Virus record (IMG/VR): IMGVR_UViG_3300050821_008688
Location: 1 to 64,000 of that record
From: a virus
Reading direction: 5' to 3' (one strand)
DNA length: 64,000 nucleotides
Shown piece by piece: positions 46,603 to 56,433 of the stretch. Each line of letters begins with the position of its first letter. Position 1 is the first letter of the stretch. The position numbers and the translations under genes were made by a program. Below the pieces are notes generated by a model, which was not told the origin of the DNA, did no database searches, and saw only the letters and a program-made list of their open reading frames with translations.

Positions 46603-48234
46603 ATGAGCGTTCCAAAAGTGATAGTCAAAATCAAAAAGCGATTCGGTATCTTCGTTCAGGACACCAACCCTCCCTATCGGTCGCATGTCTATCCCCGAGC
46701 CTACACCAGCCGCGCCCATGCGAAGCGTGCGATACTTGATTCTATCGTCTACGAAGTGCGCCCACTTTCTCTGGCGCGTCCATTTTCTCTTCGAGGTGAA
46801 AAGTGATAATCAAGAAAGCGAAACAAGTTTGGGTCATCTGGTATAAAATCGAGTCCGGTGGCTTTCGGTCTTTGAATGAGGGAACCACGGACACGTACGA
46901 GACCAAGGCCGCAGCCGAGGAAGCGTTGAAGAAGTATCTCGCCACGTATCCACCTGTGCTTCCCGGCTCTCGGTACGACGTACGCCCGCTTTGAAGTGAA
47001 AAGTGAGGAGAGAAAAATTATGAGCAAACGAAAAGTCATACGAAAAGCGCGGTCGCATCGGTTTGGTGTCTTCGTTAATGACGGCCACGGTACTGGCGTA
47101 CGGTCGTATTCTCTGCCGAAGGTCTATGGTAGCGCAGTGAGAGCGCAGATAGCTGCGGAGGCCAAAAGTCTCGCGCTGATAGAGAGAGTGGATATGTTTG
47201 TTGTCCGCGAACTGCGGCAGGGAGAAAAATAATGGTAGAGCGAATCATTCTTCGCAGTGGTAGAAGTATTGAAGACCCAACTGATTCGGCACCGATAACC
47301 TTGACTATGACGGGCGGCACTCCGGTTTTTCTGGCCGCGATTGGCTGGCCCGTTAGATTAGCGATTTGGGTTTTGCGGCGCTATGTTCGGAGGATAACCG
47401 AAAATGAAAATTAAAATTAGAAAAGCAATCACGCGCTATCGCGTCGCATTGGGAAATCTGGGCTGGTCGGCAGACCTTCCTGACTTTTACAAGTCGCGGT
47501 TGGCTGCTACTCGTGCGGTCACGAAACATCTGAAAGAAATCCACGGGACGGCAGCGGAGATGTGCTATAGTGTTGAGAGGGTGATACTGTGAAGGGCGGC
47601 GCGCAGTTCTACAATTCGGAAATCGTGAAGGGATACCAGACGTACGTTATTGGAACAAAAGCGTGTATGTTTTTGGATGAGCGAAAGCTACCGTCGTCGT
47701 TCCGTATTCGGTGGCGTGTGCTGGACATTGATGAGTTTTATTACGCCTTGCGTTTTGAGGCGGTTGAGACTAAGATGGGTTTCACGAAAGAGAACGGCGT
47801 GTTCCAATGCCGATTCGCAATGAAGGCGGTGTCATGATGGCTAAGAAGTATGTTATCACGTTCAATGCGGCGTGTATGTTTGGTCAGGTTGAGCGAAAGC
47901 GTTCTGGAAGTATTCCCTATGAGTTTGATACGCGCGCCGAGGCTGAAGTTGCGCTTACAAATTCGCTTCGGTTGCATCCTCTTCGGGTTTGCACGCCGGA
48001 ACAAATAGACTACCAAGTAGTGGAGGTGAGCGAATGAGCGCCAAAAAGAAAGCGAAGAAGTTGCCGGTGCGTTATCAGGTTGTGTACGAATCGGATGCGA
48101 CGAGAAAGACAGAGCCATCCACAAATTATCCCGGAAAGTTTAAGACGCGCGCCGAAGCCGAGCAGCTTCTTAATGGACTTGATGAGTGGTTTCGCGAGTC
48201 AATGGGCTACCGAGTTCAAGAGGTGCGCGCGTGA
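46603..48234 (+). other. tandem array of small basic paralog-like genes (46603, 46803, 47020, 47404, 47834, 48034) plus two unrelated small ORFs
   Basis: Shared [FY]-x-[ST]-x-x-x-A helix start and terminal [YF]xVxx motif. Confidence 0.6.
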
Positions 48235-48461
48235 TGATTCTTATCGCGCTCGGGATTGCGGTGTCGTGCTGGATATATGTGCATCATCCGCCAACGAGGT
48301 TCCGATGAAAATTCTTTTGATTCTTTTGATTCTCGTGGTTCTGTGGCTTTTGAGTGGTCCAGACAACGACGACGATGATGATGGCGGTTGGGCATGATTT
48401 ACGTGGCGATTCATTTTTTGATTGTTCTTGAATTGATTCGTGAGACGAAGGGGATGAAGAT

Positions 48462-49589
48462 ATGACCGAGAGCGAGTACCGACTGAGCGATGACCCGAAC
48501 AGATTTATTGATGGCTGTCCATGCATCGCCTGTGAGCGCGGGCGTGAGCATGAACGTGAGTGGAAATTGGCGATTGAAAAAGAAACCGCCGCCGCAACAG
48601 AAGCTCTTGCGCCCGCACTAGCTGGTGAACCGCGCGGCTATTGCGCCAAGTCTACCCATCCACATCCGAAGTACACGCTATGTGTAGACTGGAATCCATG
48701 CACTACGCGAGGAACTTGTTTTCTTCTTGACACTCCGCACACGCGATGCGGCAATTTTGATTGGAAGCCGGTGCTTTCAATGTCGTATCCGAAAGACGCC
48801 GTAGAAAAATTGAAGTTAGCTATTGCTCCGACGTACGGAACGTGCGACGAGTCAAAAGTTCCGCACACGAATTGTGGCGGGAATACGAACTGGACGCCGT
48901 CGCCGCAGTACACGGTGCCGACCGGGGCGGATGGCGATGACTTGCCGAAAAAAATCGGCGGGCAGACGCAAATATTCGTTCCGAAGCCCGTGCTGGGAAC
49001 TTGCGACTTGGACGTAAAGACAGCGGGACCGCATCCGCAATCGGTGTGCTGTTTGAACTGGAAGCCGCTGTCTGGGATTTTGACCGAGGCAGAAAACAGA
49101 GCAGTCGTTCTTGGAACAGTGCCGATGCTTTCAGAGAAGCGGCCTGCACCAGACCAATGCGCCGACGAAACGCCGTATACCACTTTTATTTTGCCTCCTG
49201 CACTGTGTGATGAGATTGTTGAGCAGCCCGTAATGCCGATTTACGACGCCGCCACTGGACAACTCAAAGTCGATGACCCGTGGATAGAGGGGACTCCACT
49301 TGAGCGGGAGATAGACCAATTTTCTATGATTAATTTTCCGTATCTCCGCTTTGATAGTTTCTTAGTCAAACAGTTAGCAAAATTTGTTCAGCGTAAGATT
49401 GATAAGGCTACCGAAGACGAGCGTCGTCTCCATGCGCCGAAACTACCCGGACAGTACAGATACCTTGTTGATGATGCTGATATTATTCCAGCGCCTGTGC
49501 CGGTCACCAGACTGTTGGGGCGGTGTGACAACGGAGTTTTCCCGCATGTGAAAAATAACGATTGCAAAAATTGGGTGCCTATGCGATAG
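48462..49589 (+). CDS. protein with five GxC..PH..C..WxP repeats
   Basis: Repeats visible in the translation. Confidence 0.75.
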   Translation: MTESEYRLSDDPNRFIDGCPCIACERGREHEREWKLAIEKETAAATEALAPALAGEPRGYCAKSTHPHPKYTLCVDWNPCTTRGTCFLLDTPHTRCGNFDWKPVLSMSYPKDAVEKLKLAIAPTYGTCDESKVPHTNCGGNTNWTPSPQYTVPTGADGDDLPKKIGGQTQIFVPKPVLGTCDLDVKTAGPHPQSVCCLNWKPLSGILTEAENRAVVLGTVPMLSEKRPAPDQCADETPYTTFILPPALCDEIVEQPVMPIYDAATGQLKVDDPWIEGTPLEREIDQFSMINFPYLRFDSFLVKQLAKFVQRKIDKATEDERRLHAPKLPGQYRYLVDDADIIPAPVPVTRLLGRCDNGVFPHVKNNDCKNWVPMR

Positions 49590-49590
49590 T

Positions 49591-49607
49591 AGACTTTCTG
49601 TTCTATA
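49591..49607 (+). promoter_or_regulatory. putative late promoter motif, copy 8
   Basis: AGACT-TTCTG-TTCTATA. Confidence 0.7.
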
Positions 49608-49619
49608 TTAGGAGCATCT

Positions 49620-50078
49620 ATGAGCGAACGCTTGCAGCCCACGTATTTCGTGAAGCATATTGACAACTCGTATTCTATCGCGGAACCGCAACCTGTCTAC
49701 GTCCCCGCAAGTGAGACCGTCACTTGGCAGAATATGGGTCCAGTTGGCTGGTCGGAAGACCCGAGTCGTGTCGGTACTCCGGGACGATTGATTAGTCAAC
49801 TTCGATTCATCGTGGACCAAGCGCCGATGCTGAATGTTCCCACGGGTCAGGATGCTTTGGCGCGTCTGAACAATTCAGTGGTGCCGTACATCTATATGAA
49901 TCCGAAGACGTGGGAGTCGCTTTCCGAGCCACTGTTTAATGTGGGCCAAGCGCGACCGAAGCTGGTGTACTACCGTCTCTCGTTCAAGTGTCCGACGAAA
50001 TTTGTGCCTCTCGATTTGATACCCGAGGGCCGAATGCTTTGCACGTCAAACAAAATTCCGGGGGTGGAGGGGTTGTGA
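49620..50078 (+). CDS. hypothetical protein
   Basis: SD AGGAG; contains TVTWQNMGP, similar to motifs in the tail hub. Confidence 0.6.
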   Translation: MSERLQPTYFVKHIDNSYSIAEPQPVYVPASETVTWQNMGPVGWSEDPSRVGTPGRLISQLRFIVDQAPMLNVPTGQDALARLNNSVVPYIYMNPKTWESLSEPLFNVGQARPKLVYYRLSFKCPTKFVPLDLIPEGRMLCTSNKIPGVEGL

Positions 50079-50429
50079 TGAAGCATTGTCCTACAGATTG
50101 TCCGTGTCGTTTTCCACGTAGCCGAACACTGACGGGGCAGGACCACATTCGGATGGAGTACAATCATTTTGATGAGACCGGTGAGCCGCGATACCCGCAG
50201 ACGGAAACCACCCCGCCGCAGGGCGAGGTTCATTGGTTAGACTGGCACGAATCGGAGGAATGATGAAAGAGACACATGCAATTTTCGTGCGGGGCCGCGC
50301 ATATAATGTGTACGAGTGCGCGGGCTATGTGAAGGCAAGCATGGACGGAATTTTCGGCTGGTCCTCCGTGTGGGCTGAAGACGAATTTCATTTGTTGATG
50401 CGAATCGTGACGGCGCTGGACGGCGAGCA

Positions 50430-50660
50430 ATGAAAATTGTAAAGTATGGCAAGGTTATTCTTGAACAGGGCACGGTGCCTCGCATTGAGGGCTGGCTGAT
50501 GATGCCGGAGATAGAAGACCCACCCGACGCTTCGCCGGAGCAACTGGTTGCAGCGGTTGCTGCGGAGTGGGCGCTGAAACATTTGCAGGCGGTGTACAGC
50601 GGAGCCGTGCTAGACGGGCTGATTCAGGCGGGAAAGAAAATCAAAAAGGAACCGTCATGA
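50430..50660 (+). CDS. hypothetical protein
   Basis: Coupled ORF. Confidence 0.5.
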   Translation: MKIVKYGKVILEQGTVPRIEGWLMMPEIEDPPDASPEQLVAAVAAEWALKHLQAVYSGAVLDGLIQAGKKIKKEPS

Positions 50661-50804
50661 CACCCGATGATGGTCTCAGAGGCTTGGGGCTTTGCTTCGC
50701 AATTCTGGGAACCCAAAAAGAATTGGCGGAAGCGGTGACAGCAGACAATTGGAAAGAGCGGTGCGTTCTTTCAATTCGGTTGAAACGGTTGGAGGGAGAA
50801 TTAG

Positions 50805-51083
50805 ATGCGCTACGTCGTGAGATTGAACCCACACTCGTACAATCCGCTCACGAAGAAAGTCATGGTAAACAAACTGTGGGAAGTTGAGCAGCGCGCGGAC
50901 AAAGATAGCGAGAGAGTAATTTGGCATTGTGCGAACGTGCGGATTGGCGTGAACCCGATTGAGTATTTTTTTACGGTTCCGAAAAAGAACGAGCCCCCGT
51001 GGGAGTTGCATTACCAAGGAACGTGTTATACGGACGGGCAGGATAACGCGATTGTGATTTTGGGGGTGCCTGATGTCAATTAG
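50805..51083 (+). CDS. phage hypothetical protein
   Basis: SD GGGAG. Confidence 0.6.
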   Translation: MRYVVRLNPHSYNPLTKKVMVNKLWEVEQRADKDSERVIWHCANVRIGVNPIEYFFTVPKKNEPPWELHYQGTCYTDGQDNAIVILGVPDVN

Positions 51084-51318
51084 TTTGAAACCAATCTATC
51101 AGATGTTCGCGCCGGTTGACGGTTTCGCGGAGTTTGTAGTTTTGGTGTCGCTCACGGCGATTATCGTGCTGGCCTTCATGCATATTCTCACGGATGCTTT
51201 TGCTATGGCGCTCACAGCCGTTGGTGGTCTCGGAGTTGTTCACGATAATTGCGCTGCGTATTTGGCGAGTCGCGCGGAAAGATTCTCGCATCCAGAGGGA
51301 GACCATGAAGGTCACTGA
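51073..51318 (+). CDS. 2-TM membrane protein (holin-like candidate)
   Basis: Two hydrophobic helices and a charged tail. Confidence 0.5.
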   Translation: MSISLKPIYQMFAPVDGFAEFVVLVSLTAIIVLAFMHILTDAFAMALTAVGGLGVVHDNCAAYLASRAERFSHPEGDHEGH

Positions 51319-51613
51319 TAAAAATGAAACGTTGCAGCCACCAAAGGGTTTTGAGGCGTACGATGTACGAGCCGATGGCGCATATCTTCGGCTAGAGTAC
51401 AGCCAAACCAAATACGTTCCTGACCCCACGGATAAATGCATGGGGCAGAGGATGGACGGTTGGACTACGGTGGTAATTTATTTGAACGACCAAGGGCGCG
51501 AAGTTCTTCGCACTGAGGTGTACACTAGAATGGCGTTACCACTGCCGGATGCGATTCCAAAGCCGTGGTACTTTAAGTTTGCTGATATGATTTTAGATGC
51601 ATTTAACGCATAG
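51305..51613 (+). CDS. hypothetical protein
   Basis: SD GGGAG. Confidence 0.55.
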   Translation: MKVTDKNETLQPPKGFEAYDVRADGAYLRLEYSQTKYVPDPTDKCMGQRMDGWTTVVIYLNDQGREVLRTEVYTRMALPLPDAIPKPWYFKFADMILDAFNA

Positions 51614-51621
51614 GAGGCTTT

Positions 51622-51924
51622 ATGAGTCAGGAAGAAATCAGTCGTAAAGTAAGACGGACGTGCGAAGGTTGCGGGAAGGCAGTTGAATACGAGTTTATTG
51701 GAGCAACCGATGCTGCGCTTGTCGAAATGATGAGTTGGTACACGATAGTTCGGCAGTTTCTGATTAACGGTCGGCCAGAAAAACTCATGGTGCAGGCGTG
51801 TTCTATTACCTGTGTTCCAGCGGCGGCGCTAAAGTTGGAAGCAGTTCCGTCCGGGTTAGATGAGCCCGCCGACCAGATTGATTTGTCTACGTTGCAGGTC
51901 AATCCAGACCCAACGGTAAACTAA
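51622..51924 (+). CDS. Zn-finger protein (CEGC..ACSITC)
   Basis: SD AGGAGG; coupled to GroEL. Confidence 0.65.
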   Translation: MSQEEISRKVRRTCEGCGKAVEYEFIGATDAALVEMMSWYTIVRQFLINGRPEKLMVQACSITCVPAAALKLEAVPSGLDEPADQIDLSTLQVNPDPTVN

Positions 51925-53513
51925 TGAGCAAAACTATCCAACATGGCGATACAGCACGTCAGTCAATTCTCCGGGGTGTTGATTTCCTCGCGGACGCGGT
52001 GAAGATTACTGAAGGTCCGCGCGGGCGCAATTGTATTTTGGGCCAGCGTGCGTTAGGACAAAGCCCGAAAGTTACGCGTGATGGTGTGACAGTTTCAAAT
52101 TACGCGGACCCGATGGACACGACTGAACAACTCGGAGCCGACCTTGTGCGCGAGGCCGCGCAGAAGACCGACAACTCCGTGGGAGATGGTACGACCGCAG
52201 CAATCGTTCTCGCGCAGGCAATGATTCACGCCGGTTTTGATTTGATAAAAGATGGCGCAAATCCGATGGCGATGGAGCGCGGAATTCACAAAGCGACCGA
52301 GGCTGTAATTGCGCGTCTTCAAAAGATGGCGGTGGAAGTTTCGGGCGAAAAAGTTTTTCAAGTCGCAACTGTGTCGGCCCACGGGGATGCGGAGATTGGT
52401 AAACTCGTTGCGACTGCGGTTGAAAAGGCGGGTAAGGATGGAGTGGTTACCGCCGAGCCGTCGTCAACGTCGGACACGTACATTGAGACGGTCGCAGGAA
52501 TTGAGCTAGAAAAGTCCAGTCTGATATCGGCGGCGTTCATTACAAACCCGGAAGAAATGAAAGCTGAGTTACCTGACTGCCGAATTCTTTTGTGGGAGGG
52601 AGTGATTGGGACAGCGAAATCATTGGTTCCGATTCTTGAGCAGGTTCATAAAACTTCAACGCCGCTGCTTATCATCGCGGGCGGATACGAGCAGGAAGCC
52701 TTGGCGTGCATCATCAACAATAAATTGAAACTGCATCTGCCGCTGATTGCCGTTCGCATGGAAGCGTATGGAGAGAGCCGAAAAAATCTGATGGCTGATA
52801 TATCAACACTGATTGGTGGCACGGAGTACACTGAAGACAAGGGGATGAAAATAGAAAACGTAAAAATTGAAAATCTAGGTTCGGCGCGTAAAGTCGTTAC
52901 GAGTATGTCAAAGACTCAAATCATCGGCGGCAAAGGTAGTCAGACTGAACTGGCTGGACGCGTTCAGCATCTTCGCGAAGCTATAGATATATCTGAACCG
53001 GTGCTAAAGCCGAGCCTCAAACGACGGCTGGCGGCGTTGCTGGGCGGCATCACGATTATCAAAGTCGGCGGCGTCACCGTCACCGAGATGGAAGAGAAGA
53101 AAGACCGAGTGGTTGATGCAATGTCGGCGGCGAAGGCCGCAGTTGAATCGGGAGTCGTGGCTGGTGGCGGAATGGCACTGTTGGAAGCCTCGCATATTCC
53201 TGTACTCAATGTTCCGAGCGGCGAAGAAGCGAAAGGTGTACAAGTGGTGCGTGTTGCGTGTCAGGCTATCGTCAAACAAATCGCGGAGAACGCGGGCGTC
53301 AGCGGCACGCTAATATTGGACCAACTGATGGCGACACCGGATTTGGGATTCAATGCGATGACTGGTGAGTTTGAAAATCTCGTCAATGCTGGAATTATTG
53401 ACCCGGTTAAGGTCGTGGTGGAATCGCTTCGGAATGCATCCGCTGTTGCGTGCAGTATTCTTACGATGGGCGCAACGGTCGCAGAGAAGTCCACGGAGAA
53501 AATCGATGGCTAA
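51924..53513 (+). CDS. groEL: chaperonin GroEL (phage-type, divergent)
   Basis: GPRGRN, VTRDGVTV, GDGTT, GVVAGGG, GIIDP; no GGM tail. Confidence 0.97.
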   Translation: MSKTIQHGDTARQSILRGVDFLADAVKITEGPRGRNCILGQRALGQSPKVTRDGVTVSNYADPMDTTEQLGADLVREAAQKTDNSVGDGTTAAIVLAQAMIHAGFDLIKDGANPMAMERGIHKATEAVIARLQKMAVEVSGEKVFQVATVSAHGDAEIGKLVATAVEKAGKDGVVTAEPSSTSDTYIETVAGIELEKSSLISAAFITNPEEMKAELPDCRILLWEGVIGTAKSLVPILEQVHKTSTPLLIIAGGYEQEALACIINNKLKLHLPLIAVRMEAYGESRKNLMADISTLIGGTEYTEDKGMKIENVKIENLGSARKVVTSMSKTQIIGGKGSQTELAGRVQHLREAIDISEPVLKPSLKRRLAALLGGITIIKVGGVTVTEMEEKKDRVVDAMSAAKAAVESGVVAGGGMALLEASHIPVLNVPSGEEAKGVQVVRVACQAIVKQIAENAGVSGTLILDQLMATPDLGFNAMTGEFENLVNAGIIDPVKVVVESLRNASAVACSILTMGATVAEKSTEKIDG

Positions 53514-53835
53514 GTCAGTTTTGGAACCGGCAACAGACCATGTTATCGTGGTTGATGAACCGCGCTCGGTAACCATTGGTGGGATTGAACTGCCCGACAA
53601 TGTGAAAGGTCTGGAGCTATTTTACGGCACCGTAGTGTTTGTTGGTCCTGCTGTAAATAAAATAATGACTCAAGTTCGGGATGTGGTGTGTTATGGTCCC
53701 TACGCCGGAAAGATGGCAGTCATCAACGGCACAGAGTTTCGGATTTTGAAAGAGAGCCAGATTGAAGCATATGTGCGGCCAGTAGAGGAGGAGACGTATC
53801 CTGCTGGTGGCAGTGGAACGGATTTGACGGAGTGA
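53506..53835 (+). CDS. groES: co-chaperonin GroES
   Basis: LEPATDHVIV, GGIELPD, GTVVFVGP, YAG. Confidence 0.93.
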   Translation: MAKSVLEPATDHVIVVDEPRSVTIGGIELPDNVKGLELFYGTVVFVGPAVNKIMTQVRDVVCYGPYAGKMAVINGTEFRILKESQIEAYVRPVEEETYPAGGSGTDLTE

Positions 53836-53838
53836 TGT

Positions 53839-54354
53839 ATGGAAGAACTAACGAAGAGAATGTCGGTGGAGGATTTGAAAAAGACGCCTGAGTTCCAACA
53901 CTTGACTCAGAAGCAGCGGCTATTTGTGGCAACATACTGCGCGGGCGGGCTGTTGGATGGGAACTATGACCCTATTGCGGCGACACGAACGGCGTACAAC
54001 TGCAAGAACTACGAGTCTGCGCGCTGCATGTCGTATCCCATCATGCAGAACATCCGAATCGTGGCCGTGCTGAATTTGCACTTTGGTCGGACGCCTATTG
54101 AGGATTTCATCGTGCTGCTTGACCGGGCCATCAACAATAAGAAACTGACCAACGCTCAGCTGGGCGCGCTGCGACTGAAATCCGATTTGCTGCGTCGCCC
54201 ATCCGCAATTCCTAACCGCGCCAACGTGGGAGTTTTACCAGAAGACGTGCGCGCCGCAGAAAAGAAAAAAAAATCAAAAAAACCCAGAGAAAGCCAGCCT
54301 CCTGATATCGGTGAGTACGTCAAGCAAGCTCAAAGCCTGAAAGTTCAAAAATAA
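53839..54354 (+). CDS. terS: terminase small subunit
   Basis: LTQKQRLFVATY...AATRTAY N-terminal HTH; basic C-terminus. Confidence 0.75.
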   Translation: MEELTKRMSVEDLKKTPEFQHLTQKQRLFVATYCAGGLLDGNYDPIAATRTAYNCKNYESARCMSYPIMQNIRIVAVLNLHFGRTPIEDFIVLLDRAINNKKLTNAQLGALRLKSDLLRRPSAIPNRANVGVLPEDVRAAEKKKKSKKPRESQPPDIGEYVKQAQSLKVQK

Positions 54355-54370
54355 GACTTTTCTTTCTATA
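54354..54370 (+). promoter_or_regulatory. putative late promoter motif, copy 9
   Basis: AGACT-TTTCT-TTCTATA. Confidence 0.7.
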
Positions 54371-54386
54371 GGTGAAGAGGCCATCT

Positions 54387-54647
54387 ATGCCCGATTCGCC
54401 TATTTCCGTCCACGAGTCGGAGACTAAACAGCGCCTCTTAGACTATCAGATGGAGTTGTCTGTTTGGCCCGATTTGGAGACAATCATTATGGCTGCTAAG
54501 ATGGGGAAGGCTCAAGCGTTCCACGAAGTATTCCACAACAAACCAAAGACAGTTGATACCAGCAAGTCTGCGACGGGCCAGCGTAAACAAATGATTGCGA
54601 TTGCTCTCTCAAAGGCTGGTCTATCAAAGCCCGGAAAAGGGAAATAA
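54387..54647 (+). CDS. small basic protein (KQMIAIALSKAG)
   Basis: DUF6496-like motif at the C-terminus. Confidence 0.6.
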   Translation: MPDSPISVHESETKQRLLDYQMELSVWPDLETIIMAAKMGKAQAFHEVFHNKPKTVDTSKSATGQRKQMIAIALSKAGLSKPGKGK

Positions 54648-54650
54648 TTT

Positions 54651-56432
54651 ATGGCGAATTCAATCATCATAGGCCAAGGTGGAAGCGGTGTAGGTGGCGG
54701 GTCTAGTACAAACCTATCAGTCGGCCCGAATGGTGGGACCGGGCCTACCAGTTCAACTCAAATTGGAGATGTCGTTGCTGGAGTTTTCACGCCGTTTGGT
54801 CCTAGCAATCCTATACCGATTTCAGGAACCATTACAGCATCTAACCCATCGGTCGGTGCGACAGGAAGTGCCGCGCCCGCATTTGCGACTGAGATAGGTG
54901 TCATCAACGCTGGTGGTCTTCTAGAAGGCGCGAGCGCGTCAAATCCTGTTCGCATTGACCCGACTGGTACCACGGTTCAGCCGGTGAGCGGAACCATCAC
55001 GGCGCTTCAAGGTACTTCGCCTTGGGTCGTGAGTGGAACGGTTACAGCCACTATAGCAACTCCTACGGATTGGGGCACGGCTCCTGCGACTTCGGTTTTG
55101 GTTCCTGCGGTTAATGCTGAACTTTTTGCAGGACAGGTTCTTCTTGCAGCCGCACCTGCGAGTACGGTTGCAACTGCGGTGCAAACTTCTCTTGTCGTGC
55201 AGGTTTCTCCAAATCAGCCGTCCGCGCTTTTTGCTGGAACCGTTCCGGGTACGCCGCCGCTCAATACTATTTTGACGGGCATGATTTATAATTCTTCTGC
55301 TCCGGCTCCAACTGCGGGACAGACTCTTCCGCTACAATCTGACGTAGTCGGAAATTTGAAGGTCACCGTAGCTACTTCTCCGAGTACGCCGCTTAATGAT
55401 AATATCGCCGAGTGGGGTAGTGTTGCAGTCGCTGCCGCCACGAACACAATGACAGTGGGAACCGAGAGTGCTCCCGTTGTCCGACCGATTCAAGCAAAAC
55501 ACTGTGTTATCTTGACCACTACACCCCTTGCGGCGAACGGAGTATTCACATCCGCATCAGGTACAGGTCCGAGCGGGTGGTTTGATACGGAGGTTACTGG
55601 TGACACTTTCGTATTTGCTCGCGCATTATCCAACGTTGGCAGCGCCAATCCCGGTTTCGCGATTCAAGTTTCTGACGACCCGACAAATGCAGGACTAACT
55701 CAAGCGTTGGCTCAAGTAACGACATCAGCAAACGTCGTTGGTACTGTCAATTGTAGTATTCCGACTCGCTATTGGAGAATTGTTTATACTAACGGCGCGA
55801 CTCTGCAAACCACTTTTGAACTCGCCGTGGTGAGTGGCCCGATGGGTGCCGCGCTTCTTGGACAAGGTATAGTAACGGCAGCGGGAGCTACATATAATCT
55901 TACTCCGGTATGGGCGGTTCAAAATAACACTGTTGGTGACGCGAGTACAGCTAATGGATGGGAAAATTCATCTGGTCTAGCGTCGGCGGCTGCGGTAGCG
56001 GTTGGATACACCACTGGTCCGCAGTCAGCGGGTGCTAACTATTCTGCTGCAAGAACTCCGAATATTTTTCACACTGCCTCGGTTCCTGCTACGGCTTCTG
56101 GCAACACCGCAGTATGGACTCCAACATCCGGCAAGAAATTTCGTCTAATGCGATTTCAAATTACAGCGACGGATTTATCGGCGACAGCGGCGGCGCTCCT
56201 CACCATATCGTTTCAAGACGCAACTACAGCAATTGGTATTGGAACGTACGATGTGTGGATACCTGCGACTGCGAGTCTCGCGTCGGGTATTACTACAGTG
56301 TCTGCATGGGTTGATATAGGTAATGGTTATCTTTCAACCACTATAAACAACGTACTAAATGCAAATATTAGCGCCACACTCTCGGGCGCGACCGGAACGT
56401 TTCGTGTAAACGTTTGCGGGACAGAGGAATAA
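54651..56432 (+). CDS. virion fibre / decoration protein
   Basis: Thr/Ala/Gly-rich, with xQPVSGTIT repeats. Confidence 0.65.
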   Translation: MANSIIIGQGGSGVGGGSSTNLSVGPNGGTGPTSSTQIGDVVAGVFTPFGPSNPIPISGTITASNPSVGATGSAAPAFATEIGVINAGGLLEGASASNPVRIDPTGTTVQPVSGTITALQGTSPWVVSGTVTATIATPTDWGTAPATSVLVPAVNAELFAGQVLLAAAPASTVATAVQTSLVVQVSPNQPSALFAGTVPGTPPLNTILTGMIYNSSAPAPTAGQTLPLQSDVVGNLKVTVATSPSTPLNDNIAEWGSVAVAAATNTMTVGTESAPVVRPIQAKHCVILTTTPLAANGVFTSASGTGPSGWFDTEVTGDTFVFARALSNVGSANPGFAIQVSDDPTNAGLTQALAQVTTSANVVGTVNCSIPTRYWRIVYTNGATLQTTFELAVVSGPMGAALLGQGIVTAAGATYNLTPVWAVQNNTVGDASTANGWENSSGLASAAAVAVGYTTGPQSAGANYSAARTPNIFHTASVPATASGNTAVWTPTSGKKFRLMRFQITATDLSATAAALLTISFQDATTAIGIGTYDVWIPATASLASGITTVSAWVDIGNGYLSTTINNVLNANISATLSGATGTFRVNVCGTEE

Positions 56433-56433
56433 A

